A stretch of 64,000 nt of DNA from an uncultured virus (IMG/VR IMGVR_UViG_3300037088_000332) (IMGVR_UViG_3300037088_000332), one strand, 5' to 3'; counted from the first letter of the stretch, positions 49,008 through 57,195 are shown. Numbers and translations: made by a program. Notes: generated from the sequence alone by a model not told the origin.

Positions 49008-49492
49008 CTGCGCCCCTTGGGGGCGCTGCCTAGGTCATAGATGGTCACGAGGTCCCAGCCTATCCCCCTGGCCGCCGGGTTTTCGAAGTAGGAGTAGACC
49101 CGCACGGCAGCCACGTCTCCCCCCACGCTGTCGAATTCCTCGGACACATGGTCCTCCTCCCCCGGCTCCAGTATCCTCTCCCCCTCGTTGCATGCATCCT
49201 CGCTGTTGACGAGTACCTTCCTCTCCGGGATAAGCTCGTAGAGCCTTATCTTTCCGCACTTCAGGTCAAGGGGGATGTTCCCCACGTTGGTCAGCACCAC
49301 GTCCACGACGAGGAGCTGCCTGTCCTTCGAAAGCCTATGGTGGGAGATATGGTGCTCGACCTTGAGCCGGGGGCGATTCTGGCCCTGGCGGTAGAACCAC
49401 CAGCCCGCCGCGAGGAAGGCGATGATGGTCAGGGTGATTTGGGCAATCTCAAGCCACCCCTTTGTTGTCTCCCTGAAGGATGGGCGGTCCAT
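49004..49492 (-). CDS. membrane-anchored hypothetical protein
   Basis: N-terminal TM followed by an Ig-like beta domain. Confidence 0.7.
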   Translation of the reverse strand: MDRPSFRETTKGWLEIAQITLTIIAFLAAGWWFYRQGQNRPRLKVEHHISHHRLSKDRQLLVVDVVLTNVGNIPLDLKCGKIRLYELIPERKVLVNSEDACNEGERILEPGEEDHVSEEFDSVGGDVAAVRVYSYFENPAARGIGWDLVTIYDLGSAPKGRR

Positions 49493-49848
49493 CAGGGCTT
49501 ACCCCCGTCGCCCCTCTTGGGGTCTTCCGGGAAGGGCTTCTCGGAATGCTGCCTTGCTATGCTGGAGGAGTCCGCTGTCGCGCCTGGGAGCATGATGACG
49601 GAGATACCCTTTGTTATTCTCATTGAGGATGACGGCGGGGCGGATGCTGTCTTGGGCGCTGGCTTTGCAGGCGGTGTTGGCTTGGGGGCTGGCGGTCTCT
49701 TGGCAGGGTTCGCCTTCTTGACGGGGGTGGCCTTCTTGGCGTCTTCCGGGAACTTCTTCTCCGGGGCTTGCTGGGCGACGGCAGTCCCCACCATAACTAT
49801 CAGCATCATGGACATGACGAGTGCGGTCAGCTTCTTGGGGATAGACAT
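49492..49848 (-). CDS. secreted Pro/Lys/Ala-rich protein
   Basis: Signal peptide; SD AAGGAG. Confidence 0.7.
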   Translation of the reverse strand: MSIPKKLTALVMSMMLIVMVGTAVAQQAPEKKFPEDAKKATPVKKANPAKRPPAPKPTPPAKPAPKTASAPPSSSMRITKGISVIMLPGATADSSSIARQHSEKPFPEDPKRGDGGKP

Positions 49849-50330
49849 TATTTCTCCTTATGGGTTTCGTTTTCCAGAGCCTTGTGGAGGTCCTCCAGCA
49901 TCTCGTCAAGCTTTCGGTAGATGGGGATGTTGTCAAACTCGCAATACAGGTGAAGGTTTCCTTGTCTGTAGAACCCCTCCTCCACGCAAACTATACAATC
50001 TTTTTCATCTCCGAACCGACCAAGCTCATACATCGTAACAGGAGCCTTGCTTTCCTTGGTAAAGCAGTATAGGATGAGGTCTGCGGAGCGCATTGCATTA
50101 AACTCCCAAGTGACCTGCTCCCTGAACTGAGGGTCGTCAGCCTCCTGTGTCCAAGAGTCGTCCCAGTCGTCCCGTTTCGGGGATAGTATCTGTATGTCTA
50201 AGTCTTTTAATGCTTTGAAGACTTCCTCATGCCAAGGTCGGGTCTTCCCCATATCAATGCTTCCAGCAAGGAAGATAGTGTACTTGCCCATTCGGGGATA
50301 CGGGTTGGGGGCCTTTATTACTGTCGCCAT
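49848..50330 (-). CDS. nucleoside 2-deoxyribosyltransferase-like protein
   Basis: IFLAGSIDMG..W..P.RDDWD..QVTWE..AD..SKAPVTMYELG. Confidence 0.85.
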   Translation of the reverse strand: MATVIKAPNPYPRMGKYTIFLAGSIDMGKTRPWHEEVFKALKDLDIQILSPKRDDWDDSWTQEADDPQFREQVTWEFNAMRSADLILYCFTKESKAPVTMYELGRFGDEKDCIVCVEEGFYRQGNLHLYCEFDNIPIYRKLDEMLEDLHKALENETHKEK

Positions 50331-50513
50331 AAAGTCTCCTACTTAGGTCTGGATAGCGGGCGTTGCTGGGGTTTTGTTATAAGAGATAGTTATTCTGAAT
50401 AATCCCCCAAATTTGCCCTTTGACCATATCAGGACAACGATGTTCCGTCTCTTCAATAGTTAGCTTGTTCACATTTATAGTATACATCGGGGATTGGGAA
50501 AATTGGAGGATTT

Positions 50514-50599
50514 TGGCGGAGGATGGAGAAATCGAATCTCCTGGTTTTACCCAGCCCTGGTTTTCGAAGCCAGTTACAGACCATTCCGTGGCATCCTCC
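50514..50599 (-). tRNA. tRNA-Ser(CGA)
   Basis: Loop TTCGAAA, long variable arm, G73 CCA. Confidence 0.85.
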
Positions 50600-50753
50600 G
50601 TGCAGCTATCATGGACTTGTAGACCCCTCTTACCGTAAACTCAAAGAGGTCATCAAAGGGTCTAGTTTCCCAGAGGTGGATGATGTCCTCTTGACTAGCC
50701 CCACATTCTTCAAGAATTTCTGTAAATCGTTCTTTGGTCATACTCTATGATAC

Positions 50754-50847
50754 TGGCGGAAGGGATGGGACTCGGACCCACATGTCCCGTTCGTCACGGG
50801 AGCGCCTGCTTTCCAGGCAGGTGAGCTACCAGTTGCTCAACCCTTCC
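50754..50847 (-). tRNA. tRNA-Ser(GGA)
   Basis: CCTGC-CTGGAAA-GCAGG, long variable arm. Confidence 0.88.
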
Positions 50848-50852
50848 AAAGA

Positions 50853-50942
50853 TGGCGGATAAAGTAGGATTCGAACCTACGGAGCCCTCTCGGGCTCTCC
50901 GGTTTTCAAGACCGGTGGTTTAAGCCACTCACCCATCTATCC
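50853..50942 (-). tRNA. tRNA-Ser(TGA)
   Basis: CCGGT-CTTGAAA-ACCGG, long variable arm. Confidence 0.92.
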
Positions 50943-51021
50943 GAATAGCCTTGCCTATTCCGTCATCGGTACCTATGAGGAAAGGGCACGGATTGTAAGC
51001 CCGCACCTTTATCGGCAAACT

Positions 51022-51114
51022 TGGCGGAAGCGACCTGATTCGAACAGGTGAACCCCCTTCCGAGGGTCAGCACTTTAGCAAAGTGCTGGGTTAATCCATC
51101 TCCCCCACGCTTCC
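51022..51114 (-). tRNA. tRNA-Ser(GCT)
   Basis: GCACT-TTGCTAA-AGTGC, long variable arm. Confidence 0.9.
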
Positions 51115-51120
51115 GTAACT

Positions 51121-51207
51121 TGGTGCCGCAGGACGGATTCGAACCGTCACTGGATTTCTCCAACCAGTTTTTGAGACTGGCGGGTCTACCGATTCCCCCA
51201 CTGCGGC
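51121..51207 (-). tRNA. tRNA-Leu(CAA)
   Basis: CCAGT-CTCAAAA-ACTGG; A73 CCA. Confidence 0.92.
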
Positions 51208-51214
51208 ATAAACT

Positions 51215-51301
51215 TGGTGCGAGAGGGGGGAGTCAAACCCCCATCTGATTGCTCAGACCAGTTTTTAAAACTGGCGTGTCTGTCGGTTCCACCACTCTCG
51301 C
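51215..51301 (-). tRNA. tRNA-Leu(TAA)
   Basis: CCAGT-TTTAAAA-ACTGG; A73 CCA. Confidence 0.88.
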
Positions 51302-51916
51302 AAGTTCCTTAAGGTTCTTTACGTTCTTACCAGTAAAAGTATCAGTCTGAGTATGACAATTAGGACAAACCTTTCTAAGGTTTTCCCAACGGTTATCGCT
51401 GACAAACCCATTTTTGTGGTCAACTTGTAACCGTAAAAATCTGCCATTCCAAGTGGAACTTTGACCACATATCTCACAAATATGGGGTGTTCGTTTATAG
51501 TAGCGGCTCTTAGCCACCTTCTGATGCTGCGTGGTACCTTTGCAAAAAACTAAAGAATCAGACAATTCTCGTTTCTTTAACCCCGCATCAATCCGAGCAT
51601 CAGTATCTCTCGTTAGTCCCCGACTCCACCCACGCTTCTCTAATCCCACTTTAGAAATTGTCGGTCCCCCATAGACACAATGCATTCTATGGGCACTGAC
51701 AGCCTCTATAGTTCGAAACTTTCGGCTACATTTTTCACATCCATGAGACCAAGGGTTAACTCCTGTTTTTCTACCCTTTAATTTTATTGAGACAGCTTGA
51801 TTTATCTCCTGCCTCTTCTCTTTGGATGAAAAAGAACGAGCGCACTTTGAAGAGCAAAACCTTCCTGAGCCATACGCTCCATCTGTTTGTGTGCCACATA
51901 ACTCACAATTAGCCAT
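51233..51916 (-). CDS. HNH endonuclease; 3' end overlaps tRNA-Leu(TAA)
   Basis: CEICG..WNGRFLRLQVDHKNG..DNRWENLRKVCPNCHTQT; SD AGGAGG. Confidence 0.9.
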   Translation of the reverse strand: MANCELCGTQTDGAYGSGRFCSSKCARSFSSKEKRQEINQAVSIKLKGRKTGVNPWSHGCEKCSRKFRTIEAVSAHRMHCVYGGPTISKVGLEKRGWSRGLTRDTDARIDAGLKKRELSDSLVFCKGTTQHQKVAKSRYYKRTPHICEICGQSSTWNGRFLRLQVDHKNGFVSDNRWENLRKVCPNCHTQTDTFTGKNVKNLKELARVVEPTDTPVLKTGLSNQMGV

Positions 51917-51956
51917 AACTGACCTCCTAACTATGGGTTAGAAAGTCAGTTTGAAC

Positions 51957-52045
51957 TGGTGCGACCGGAGGGACTCGAACCCACACGCCCATTGCTGAGC
52001 CATAGATTCTGAATCTATGTTGTCTACCGATTCCAGCACGGTCGC
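51957..52045 (-). tRNA. tRNA-Leu(CAG)
   Basis: ATAGA-TTCAGAA-TCTAT; long variable arm. Confidence 0.9.
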
Positions 52046-52050
52046 AAATT

Positions 52051-52128
52051 TGGTCCGTAGAGGGGGACTCGAACCCCCAAGCCTTGCGTTCTAAGCGCAA
52101 GAGGTATGCCAATTCCCTTCACCTACGG
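52051..52128 (-). tRNA. tRNA-Leu(TAG) lacking the long variable arm
   Basis: TTGCG-CTTAGAA-CGCAA; 5-nt variable loop; A73 CCA. Confidence 0.85.
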
Positions 52129-52135
52129 ATAATTT

Positions 52136-52219
52136 TGGTGCGGAAGGGGGGACTTGAACCCCCACCCCTTTCGGGACCAGATTCTTAGTCTGGCGAGTCT
52201 GCCATTCCACCACTTCCGC
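52136..52219 (-). tRNA. tRNA-Leu(AAG)
   Basis: CCAGA-CTAAGAA-TCTGG; long variable arm; CCA. Confidence 0.9.
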
Positions 52220-52327
52220 AAACTATTGGCAGCGTCGTGGGACCGGTGACACTTCTGCGGTTGCCCATACGGTTGTTCGTGTGTCCTACCACACGCTGTA
52301 CTCATTTTCGCTGGACACTGCCAAACT

Positions 52328-52406
52328 TGGTGGCACCGGAGGGAGTCGAACCCCCAATTTCTCGGTTTACAACCGAGTGTTCTGCCTGTTGAACTACAAC
52401 GGTCCC
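52328..52406 (-). tRNA. tRNA-Tyr(GTA), atypical short-variable-arm form
   Basis: CTCGG-TTGTAAA-CCGAG; 5-nt acceptor-D linker; CCA. Confidence 0.75.
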
Positions 52407-52420
52407 ACAAACTTAAAACT

Positions 52421-52514
52421 TGGTGGGTGTGGGAGGATTCGAACCCCCAACGTCTGGACAAGCCAAATTCCGGGTTACAGCCGGATGCAGCCAAGCCGTA
52501 TCTGCTTCACACCC
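52421..52514 (-). tRNA. tRNA-Tyr(GTA)
   Basis: CCGG-CTGTAAC-CCGG; long variable arm; CCA. Confidence 0.88.
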
Positions 52515-52693
52515 CAAACTTTTAGCCTCCCAGCCGGTCGGTTCATCACCATAGCAACAGGGGGATTATCCGAGATTAACTCGCCCGCTATTACCAGCCC
52601 TGATATTCGGGGCATCGGGTCTCGCAGCCGAAGCTACGGTGTTTTTCCACCCACTCAAGGGGGTCCACACGGATTGCTAAAACCTACTCCTAC

Positions 52694-52721
52694 AAACAAA
52701 AATGGCGGCTTTTCAGCCGCC
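52694..52721 (-). terminator. attenuator-type intrinsic terminator before tRNA array 2
   Basis: GGCGGC-TGAAAA-GCCGCC-ATTTTTGTTT. Confidence 0.85.
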
Positions 52722-52748
52722 CTCGTCTTGCCCGATTTTTGGGAGGTT

Positions 52749-52838
52749 TTACCCGTCCCATCCCTCGGACAACACGAGGACGCTAAGCAGCGATGAGCTA
52801 CTATAGGATGACAACGAGTTGTTCGATAAGCGATTCAT
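52749..52838 (-). CDS. putative leader peptide of array 2 (MNRLSNNSLSSYSSSSLLSVLVLSEGWDG)
   Basis: SD AAGGAAG; 17 of codons 4-24 are Ser/Leu/Tyr; contains the antiterminator strand 52765-52782; in frame with an upstream ATG at 52943. Confidence 0.82.
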   Translation of the reverse strand: MNRLSNNSLSSYSSSSLLSVLVLSEGWDG

Positions 52839-52956
52839 ATCTTCCTTTGCAAGCCGCGGCCGGGGGGATGGAAAATGGACCCCCCGGCCGGTACTGCGAC
52901 TGCAACTGCAACTACGGACGGAACGTCTCACTTCAAACCACATACTACCTTACATT

Positions 52957-52990
52957 CATATAATACTTCCGATAGTCACAATTTTCAGGA
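52957..52990 (-). promoter_or_regulatory. sigma70-like promoter of the array-2 leader
   Basis: CTGAAA-17 nt-TATTAT. Confidence 0.7.
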
Positions 52991-53021
52991 AAATTTTTTA
53001 TGGCCAGCCTCTATACGTGTC

Positions 53022-54062
53022 CTAGTTGGCGTCTTTCCATTCTTTCATGGATACCCGCTGCACCGCAGCGGGATTGACGGCAAAGCCAGATTCCTCGCTG
53101 ATGGAGAACCCGAAGAACGGCCCGGGGTAACAAACTTCATGCCCGACATTGTTGATGTGCAGGTCGTCGAAGAGCGATAACATATTAAGCCTCACCTTGT
53201 CAACGACATACCCTGCATATATTCCGTCGTCGGTACCATCTACTACCTTTGTGGCCTCGGTCTTCCCAGTGACATACATATACCCCTCGGGAACTGACCG
53301 GCTTTGGTAAATGTCAGTGTTGCCTATCCCCCCCATCAATCCGGTTTTAAGGCTTTTTTCAACATAGTTACAGTCCAGCCGAACTTTGTCTTTCAGCTTG
53401 AGTATCTTAGTATAATCATAAGGATGGACAAAGACGAACAATACGGTCATTACACCTCTGTTTGATAACTTATCCCTTGTTTTGGTCAAAAAGTCGGGAC
53501 CAAACGGAATGTCGTTCTCATCCTTGGACACGGCGTCAATTAAAGAGAACATCTGGGCGTTTTCGGCCGCAACCATTTCTGCTTTACCGAGGTTAAGACC
53601 ACGGGCGATAAGGTCAAACCGGCGCTCCTCGATATACGTTATTGGGAACACGGGGTTAGACGTAATTTTGAATGTCGGAACAGCCATATCTTGGTCGCAG
53701 TAACACCACGCCGTCTGCTTGCCAGTGGGGACGGTAGAAGGCAATAGGTTAAGTTTGTTGAGGCTGGACACATGGTTCCCATCCACCACACGGAACGCCT
53801 TGCGGACAAGGCTCATGTAATCCCGGCGACGGGAGATAACGGGTCCGAGGGTAACCGCAAGTTTCTGGCGACCAGTGGTGGTGCTTAACAGGCTGTAGAG
53901 AGATGTAATCTGTTCCATAGTTTCAACTTCAGCGACGTTCGTAACTACGGTTTGGGCAAAATCGGTGCCTTCGGGGACTGACGGAATGTCCGTCGTGAAC
54001 TCGGCTCCCGTGATTGTTGTCATTCCCCCTAGTCTGGCCTGAAATAAACTGCGGTGTTCCAT
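53022..54062 (-). CDS. divergent HK97-fold major-capsid-like protein
   Basis: RRRDY..LVRKAF.V, VPTFKITSNPVFPI..IEERRFDLI.R..KAE..AAE resemble large-phage capsid proteins (recognition only, not searched). Confidence 0.6.
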   Translation of the reverse strand: MEHRSLFQARLGGMTTITGAEFTTDIPSVPEGTDFAQTVVTNVAEVETMEQITSLYSLLSTTTGRQKLAVTLGPVISRRRDYMSLVRKAFRVVDGNHVSSLNKLNLLPSTVPTGKQTAWCYCDQDMAVPTFKITSNPVFPITYIEERRFDLIARGLNLGKAEMVAAENAQMFSLIDAVSKDENDIPFGPDFLTKTRDKLSNRGVMTVLFVFVHPYDYTKILKLKDKVRLDCNYVEKSLKTGLMGGIGNTDIYQSRSVPEGYMYVTGKTEATKVVDGTDDGIYAGYVVDKVRLNMLSLFDDLHINNVGHEVCYPGPFFGFSISEESGFAVNPAAVQRVSMKEWKDAN

Positions 54063-54100
54063 AGTGGTGCTTCTGCCTTATAATACTAAACTTATCGCTA

Positions 54101-54133
54101 AAAACAGGAAGGGGGGAGCTTTCGCTCCCCCCT
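54101..54133 (-). terminator. intrinsic terminator
   Basis: GGGGGGAGC-GAAA-GCTCCCCCC-TTCCTGTTTT. Confidence 0.85.
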
Positions 54134-54464
54134 CTTAATCTACCTTAATATTTGATGCACTTTGATTAGATGGTTGAAATAGGATTTAGGTTCCCTACAT
54201 CATACACCTCCTGGTTTGAAGTAGGAAACGGGGATTTAAGGTTGTTTGCTCCCCGTTTCCTATGGGGGTGCGTACCGTGATGAGCACGACTCGCTCCCCT
54301 CCACCACCGGTTTCCCTCGTGACCCGGAAACGTTCATTGGATGTACTGCCACTTATATAATACATTGGATATTGGAAAATTTAGGGAGGAATTTTTCTGG
54401 CCATTGAACTACTTGCTTCCTATATGTGAGGGCTTAAGGGGCGTCCCCACTCCGAGGAGGTCAT

Positions 54465-56366
54465 ATGAACATAAGGGTTTCGCCTAAGACAGGAAGAAAG
54501 TACGGTTTCCAGCACTGGAAGGCAGAGGGGACCCACGGACCTTATCAGAACACCTATACTATGATGACGGTTGACCAGCCTCCACTAGAGGTCAGCCAAC
54601 TACAGTGGATGCCGCCTGTTTACGACCAAGGACAGGAAGGCTCTTGCACCGCTTTCGGGGCAAAGAACGTCAGGGAATTCCTTAGCATCAAGTATGTAAA
54701 AAAGCCGGTTTCGCTCAGCGCCCAGTTTCAGTACTATTGCGAGCGCCTGCTTAACGGAAACGTAGGCCAAGATGCCGGGTCCACAGTATCGACAGCAATG
54801 CTGTCAATGCGGATGTTCGGCATCTGCCCCGACGCTGATGAGTCGTACACAACCCCCTTTGTGACCAAGCCGTCTCAGAAGGATTTCGTGGATGCCGCCC
54901 GCTATAAGATTGGGAACATTTATACTATCAACACCTTGACGGACATGAAGAACGTCCTTAACGCCGGATGGGTCTTTGAACTTGGATTCCTCGTCTATGA
55001 ATCTTTTGAGTCCGATTCCGTGGCCACAACTGGCATCATGACCATGCCATCTTCCAAGGAGCAACTTCTCGGAGGTCATGCGGTCTGCCTTACCGCAGAT
55101 ACCAAGATATCCTTGCTGGACGGAACGGAGAGATCCATCCTAGACCTATGCAAGGGGTTTGAGGATAGGTCGTTCTGGGTATATAGCTGTGACGAAAACG
55201 GGGGTGTGGTTCCAGGGCTGGCACATCATCCACGAAAGACTGGAGAAAAAAAGCCGATAGTGAAGGTTACCCTGGATAATGGGGAGACAATCCGCTGCAC
55301 CCCGGATGAGTGGTTCATGCTGCGCGATGGGTCGTATCGGGAGGCATTCAACCTAGTAGCGGGAGACAGTCTGATGCCATTGTACCGCAAGATAGACGAG
55401 AAGCAGTTGCCTGGCTATGAGATGGTGTATAACCTTGCCACGAAGCGGTGGAGGCATACTCATCGTGCTTCTTACAGCGGAACTTACGGGAAATATGACA
55501 GAGGCGTTATACACCACGACGATTTCAATAAGCGCAACAATGTTCCCGATAACCTGATTCATATGACATGGGAACAGCATACTGCTTTGCACAGTCAAAA
55601 CATTGCCTTATTAGAAGATTATGCAAAAAGTGATGAGGGCAGAGAGCATAGCCGTCAACTTATGACCAAACTCTGGGGTGACCCAGATTGGCGGGAAGAG
55701 TCTATGCTACGGATTAAAGAGAACGGTAAGAAGGTATCCTATCAGTTGGCGCTAGAGGGACGTTGCGGATTTCAAGCTATGGATAAGGATGTGATAGCTG
55801 CAATCGGGCACATAACTGGTCCAAAGAATATCCTAAAGACTCAAACCCCTGAGGCGCGGACAAAGCAAATAGCTACCCTAAAATTTCGCTATGCAACCGA
55901 CTCCGAATTTTCCAAGGTTGTACTGGAAAAAGCATTGAGGGCATCACAGGTTGCGGCTCTTCTTGCCCCGACGCAGGCGCAGATAGAGGCTCGTCAAGAG
56001 AATGTGAAAGTCGCCAGGGCTACCAAGGCTAAAAAGTTCGCTATGGCTGCCGTAAACAACCATAAGGTTGTCTCTGTGGAGGATGCTGGATATGAGGATG
56101 TCTATGATTTAACCGTAGATAGATACCACAACTTTGCTCTTACTTCTGGGATATTTGTCCACAATTGTGTCTGGGGGTACAACGACACCTTTATGTTCCC
56201 CGGTCTCCCGAACGGTGCGCTGGCCATCCGCAATAGTTGGGGTACTTGGGGCAACAACGGTAACTTCTTCATGCCCTACGGTTATCTGAACGGAATTGAC
56301 CCTAGTGGCAATGGACCGTTTGTGAGCGATGCCCATTTGTGCCATTTGGGACCGGTTTGGTCGTGA
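54465..56366 (+). CDS. papain-like (C1A) cysteine peptidase containing an intein
   Basis: DQGQEGSCTAF, LSAQFQYY, GGHAV|CVWGY, IRNSWG.WG.NG.F; SD GAGGAGG. Confidence 0.92.
   Translation: MNIRVSPKTGRKYGFQHWKAEGTHGPYQNTYTMMTVDQPPLEVSQLQWMPPVYDQGQEGSCTAFGAKNVREFLSIKYVKKPVSLSAQFQYYCERLLNGNVGQDAGSTVSTAMLSMRMFGICPDADESYTTPFVTKPSQKDFVDAARYKIGNIYTINTLTDMKNVLNAGWVFELGFLVYESFESDSVATTGIMTMPSSKEQLLGGHAVCLTADTKISLLDGTERSILDLCKGFEDRSFWVYSCDENGGVVPGLAHHPRKTGEKKPIVKVTLDNGETIRCTPDEWFMLRDGSYREAFNLVAGDSLMPLYRKIDEKQLPGYEMVYNLATKRWRHTHRASYSGTYGKYDRGVIHHDDFNKRNNVPDNLIHMTWEQHTALHSQNIALLEDYAKSDEGREHSRQLMTKLWGDPDWREESMLRIKENGKKVSYQLALEGRCGFQAMDKDVIAAIGHITGPKNILKTQTPEARTKQIATLKFRYATDSEFSKVVLEKALRASQVAALLAPTQAQIEARQENVKVARATKAKKFAMAAVNNHKVVSVEDAGYEDVYDLTVDRYHNFALTSGIFVHNCVWGYNDTFMFPGLPNGALAIRNSWGTWGNNGNFFMPYGYLNGIDPSGNGPFVSDAHLCHLGPVWS
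55086..56165 (+). mobile_element. intein with HNH endonuclease (360 aa)
   Basis: CLTADTKISLLDG, CTPDEWFM, HHDDFNKRNNVPDNL, VYDLTV..HNFAL..GIFVHN before Cys. Confidence 0.92.
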
Positions 56367-57195
56367 CGACTTACATTTTGAACTTTCCAGAATATTAGGA
56401 AATAAAAAAGTTGTAGGTGCCTTAAAAAGGGGACATTTAAGCAGGTGAATCTTTAGCCTTGATGCGGGTCCTTAAACCCGACGACCTCTTGGCTATCCGG
56501 GGTCAAAAATCCTTCTTTGAGAAGCTCCTGCTCGATGAGGGCGGACTCGCTATGACCGACCTCGCCTGACTTTAGGCTATCCTGTGCCTTGACCGCCCCT
56601 CTTAGGATGGCGTTCCTTGCCTTGGTCCAGTTTGATGGTGCTTCCATAATTCCTCTTTTCAAAAGGGATTGCGTTCTGGATAAAAATCTCCCTCATCCTC
56701 TATCAAGCATCCTGTATTCGTCTTCCTTCCGTAGAAGTAGGCAAACTCCCTAATCTTGGTAGCATTCCATCCGCACGAATTGGCGATGCAGGATGCCTCC
56801 TGTAGGTCGTGGGCGGCGATTAGCCAGAACTCCCCGGTGTCGGGGTTGCCCAGCCGGAACATCCGTGGCTCCACATAAGGTTTGGGAGTGGGGGTGTGCT
56901 CGCAAGTTAGATGTATGGCCATTAGTCCCTGTAAACTAATCGTATAAATCGGGCGTAAAGGATGTTGCCCACGAGGTTGACATGCTGCAACATGGTTCTG
57001 TCCGGGAATATGTTGGGAGGGAAGTCCATAGCTCGTCCCGCTGAGGTATTGTAGCAGAGGTCGCATAACCATTTGTAGTTTTCTTCGGTCGGTCTCTTTC
57101 TCCACTCCTCTTCGGTCATATGGAGACCTATACGGTCCCGCTCGCATTCCGTCAGTTTATCGGTGGTGAAGCCACAACTTTGGCATTCACCTGGA

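Noticed and set aside
49148..50038. 296-aa plus-strand ORF, likewise 4713..5504
   Set aside because: Antisense shadows of well-supported minus-strand genes.
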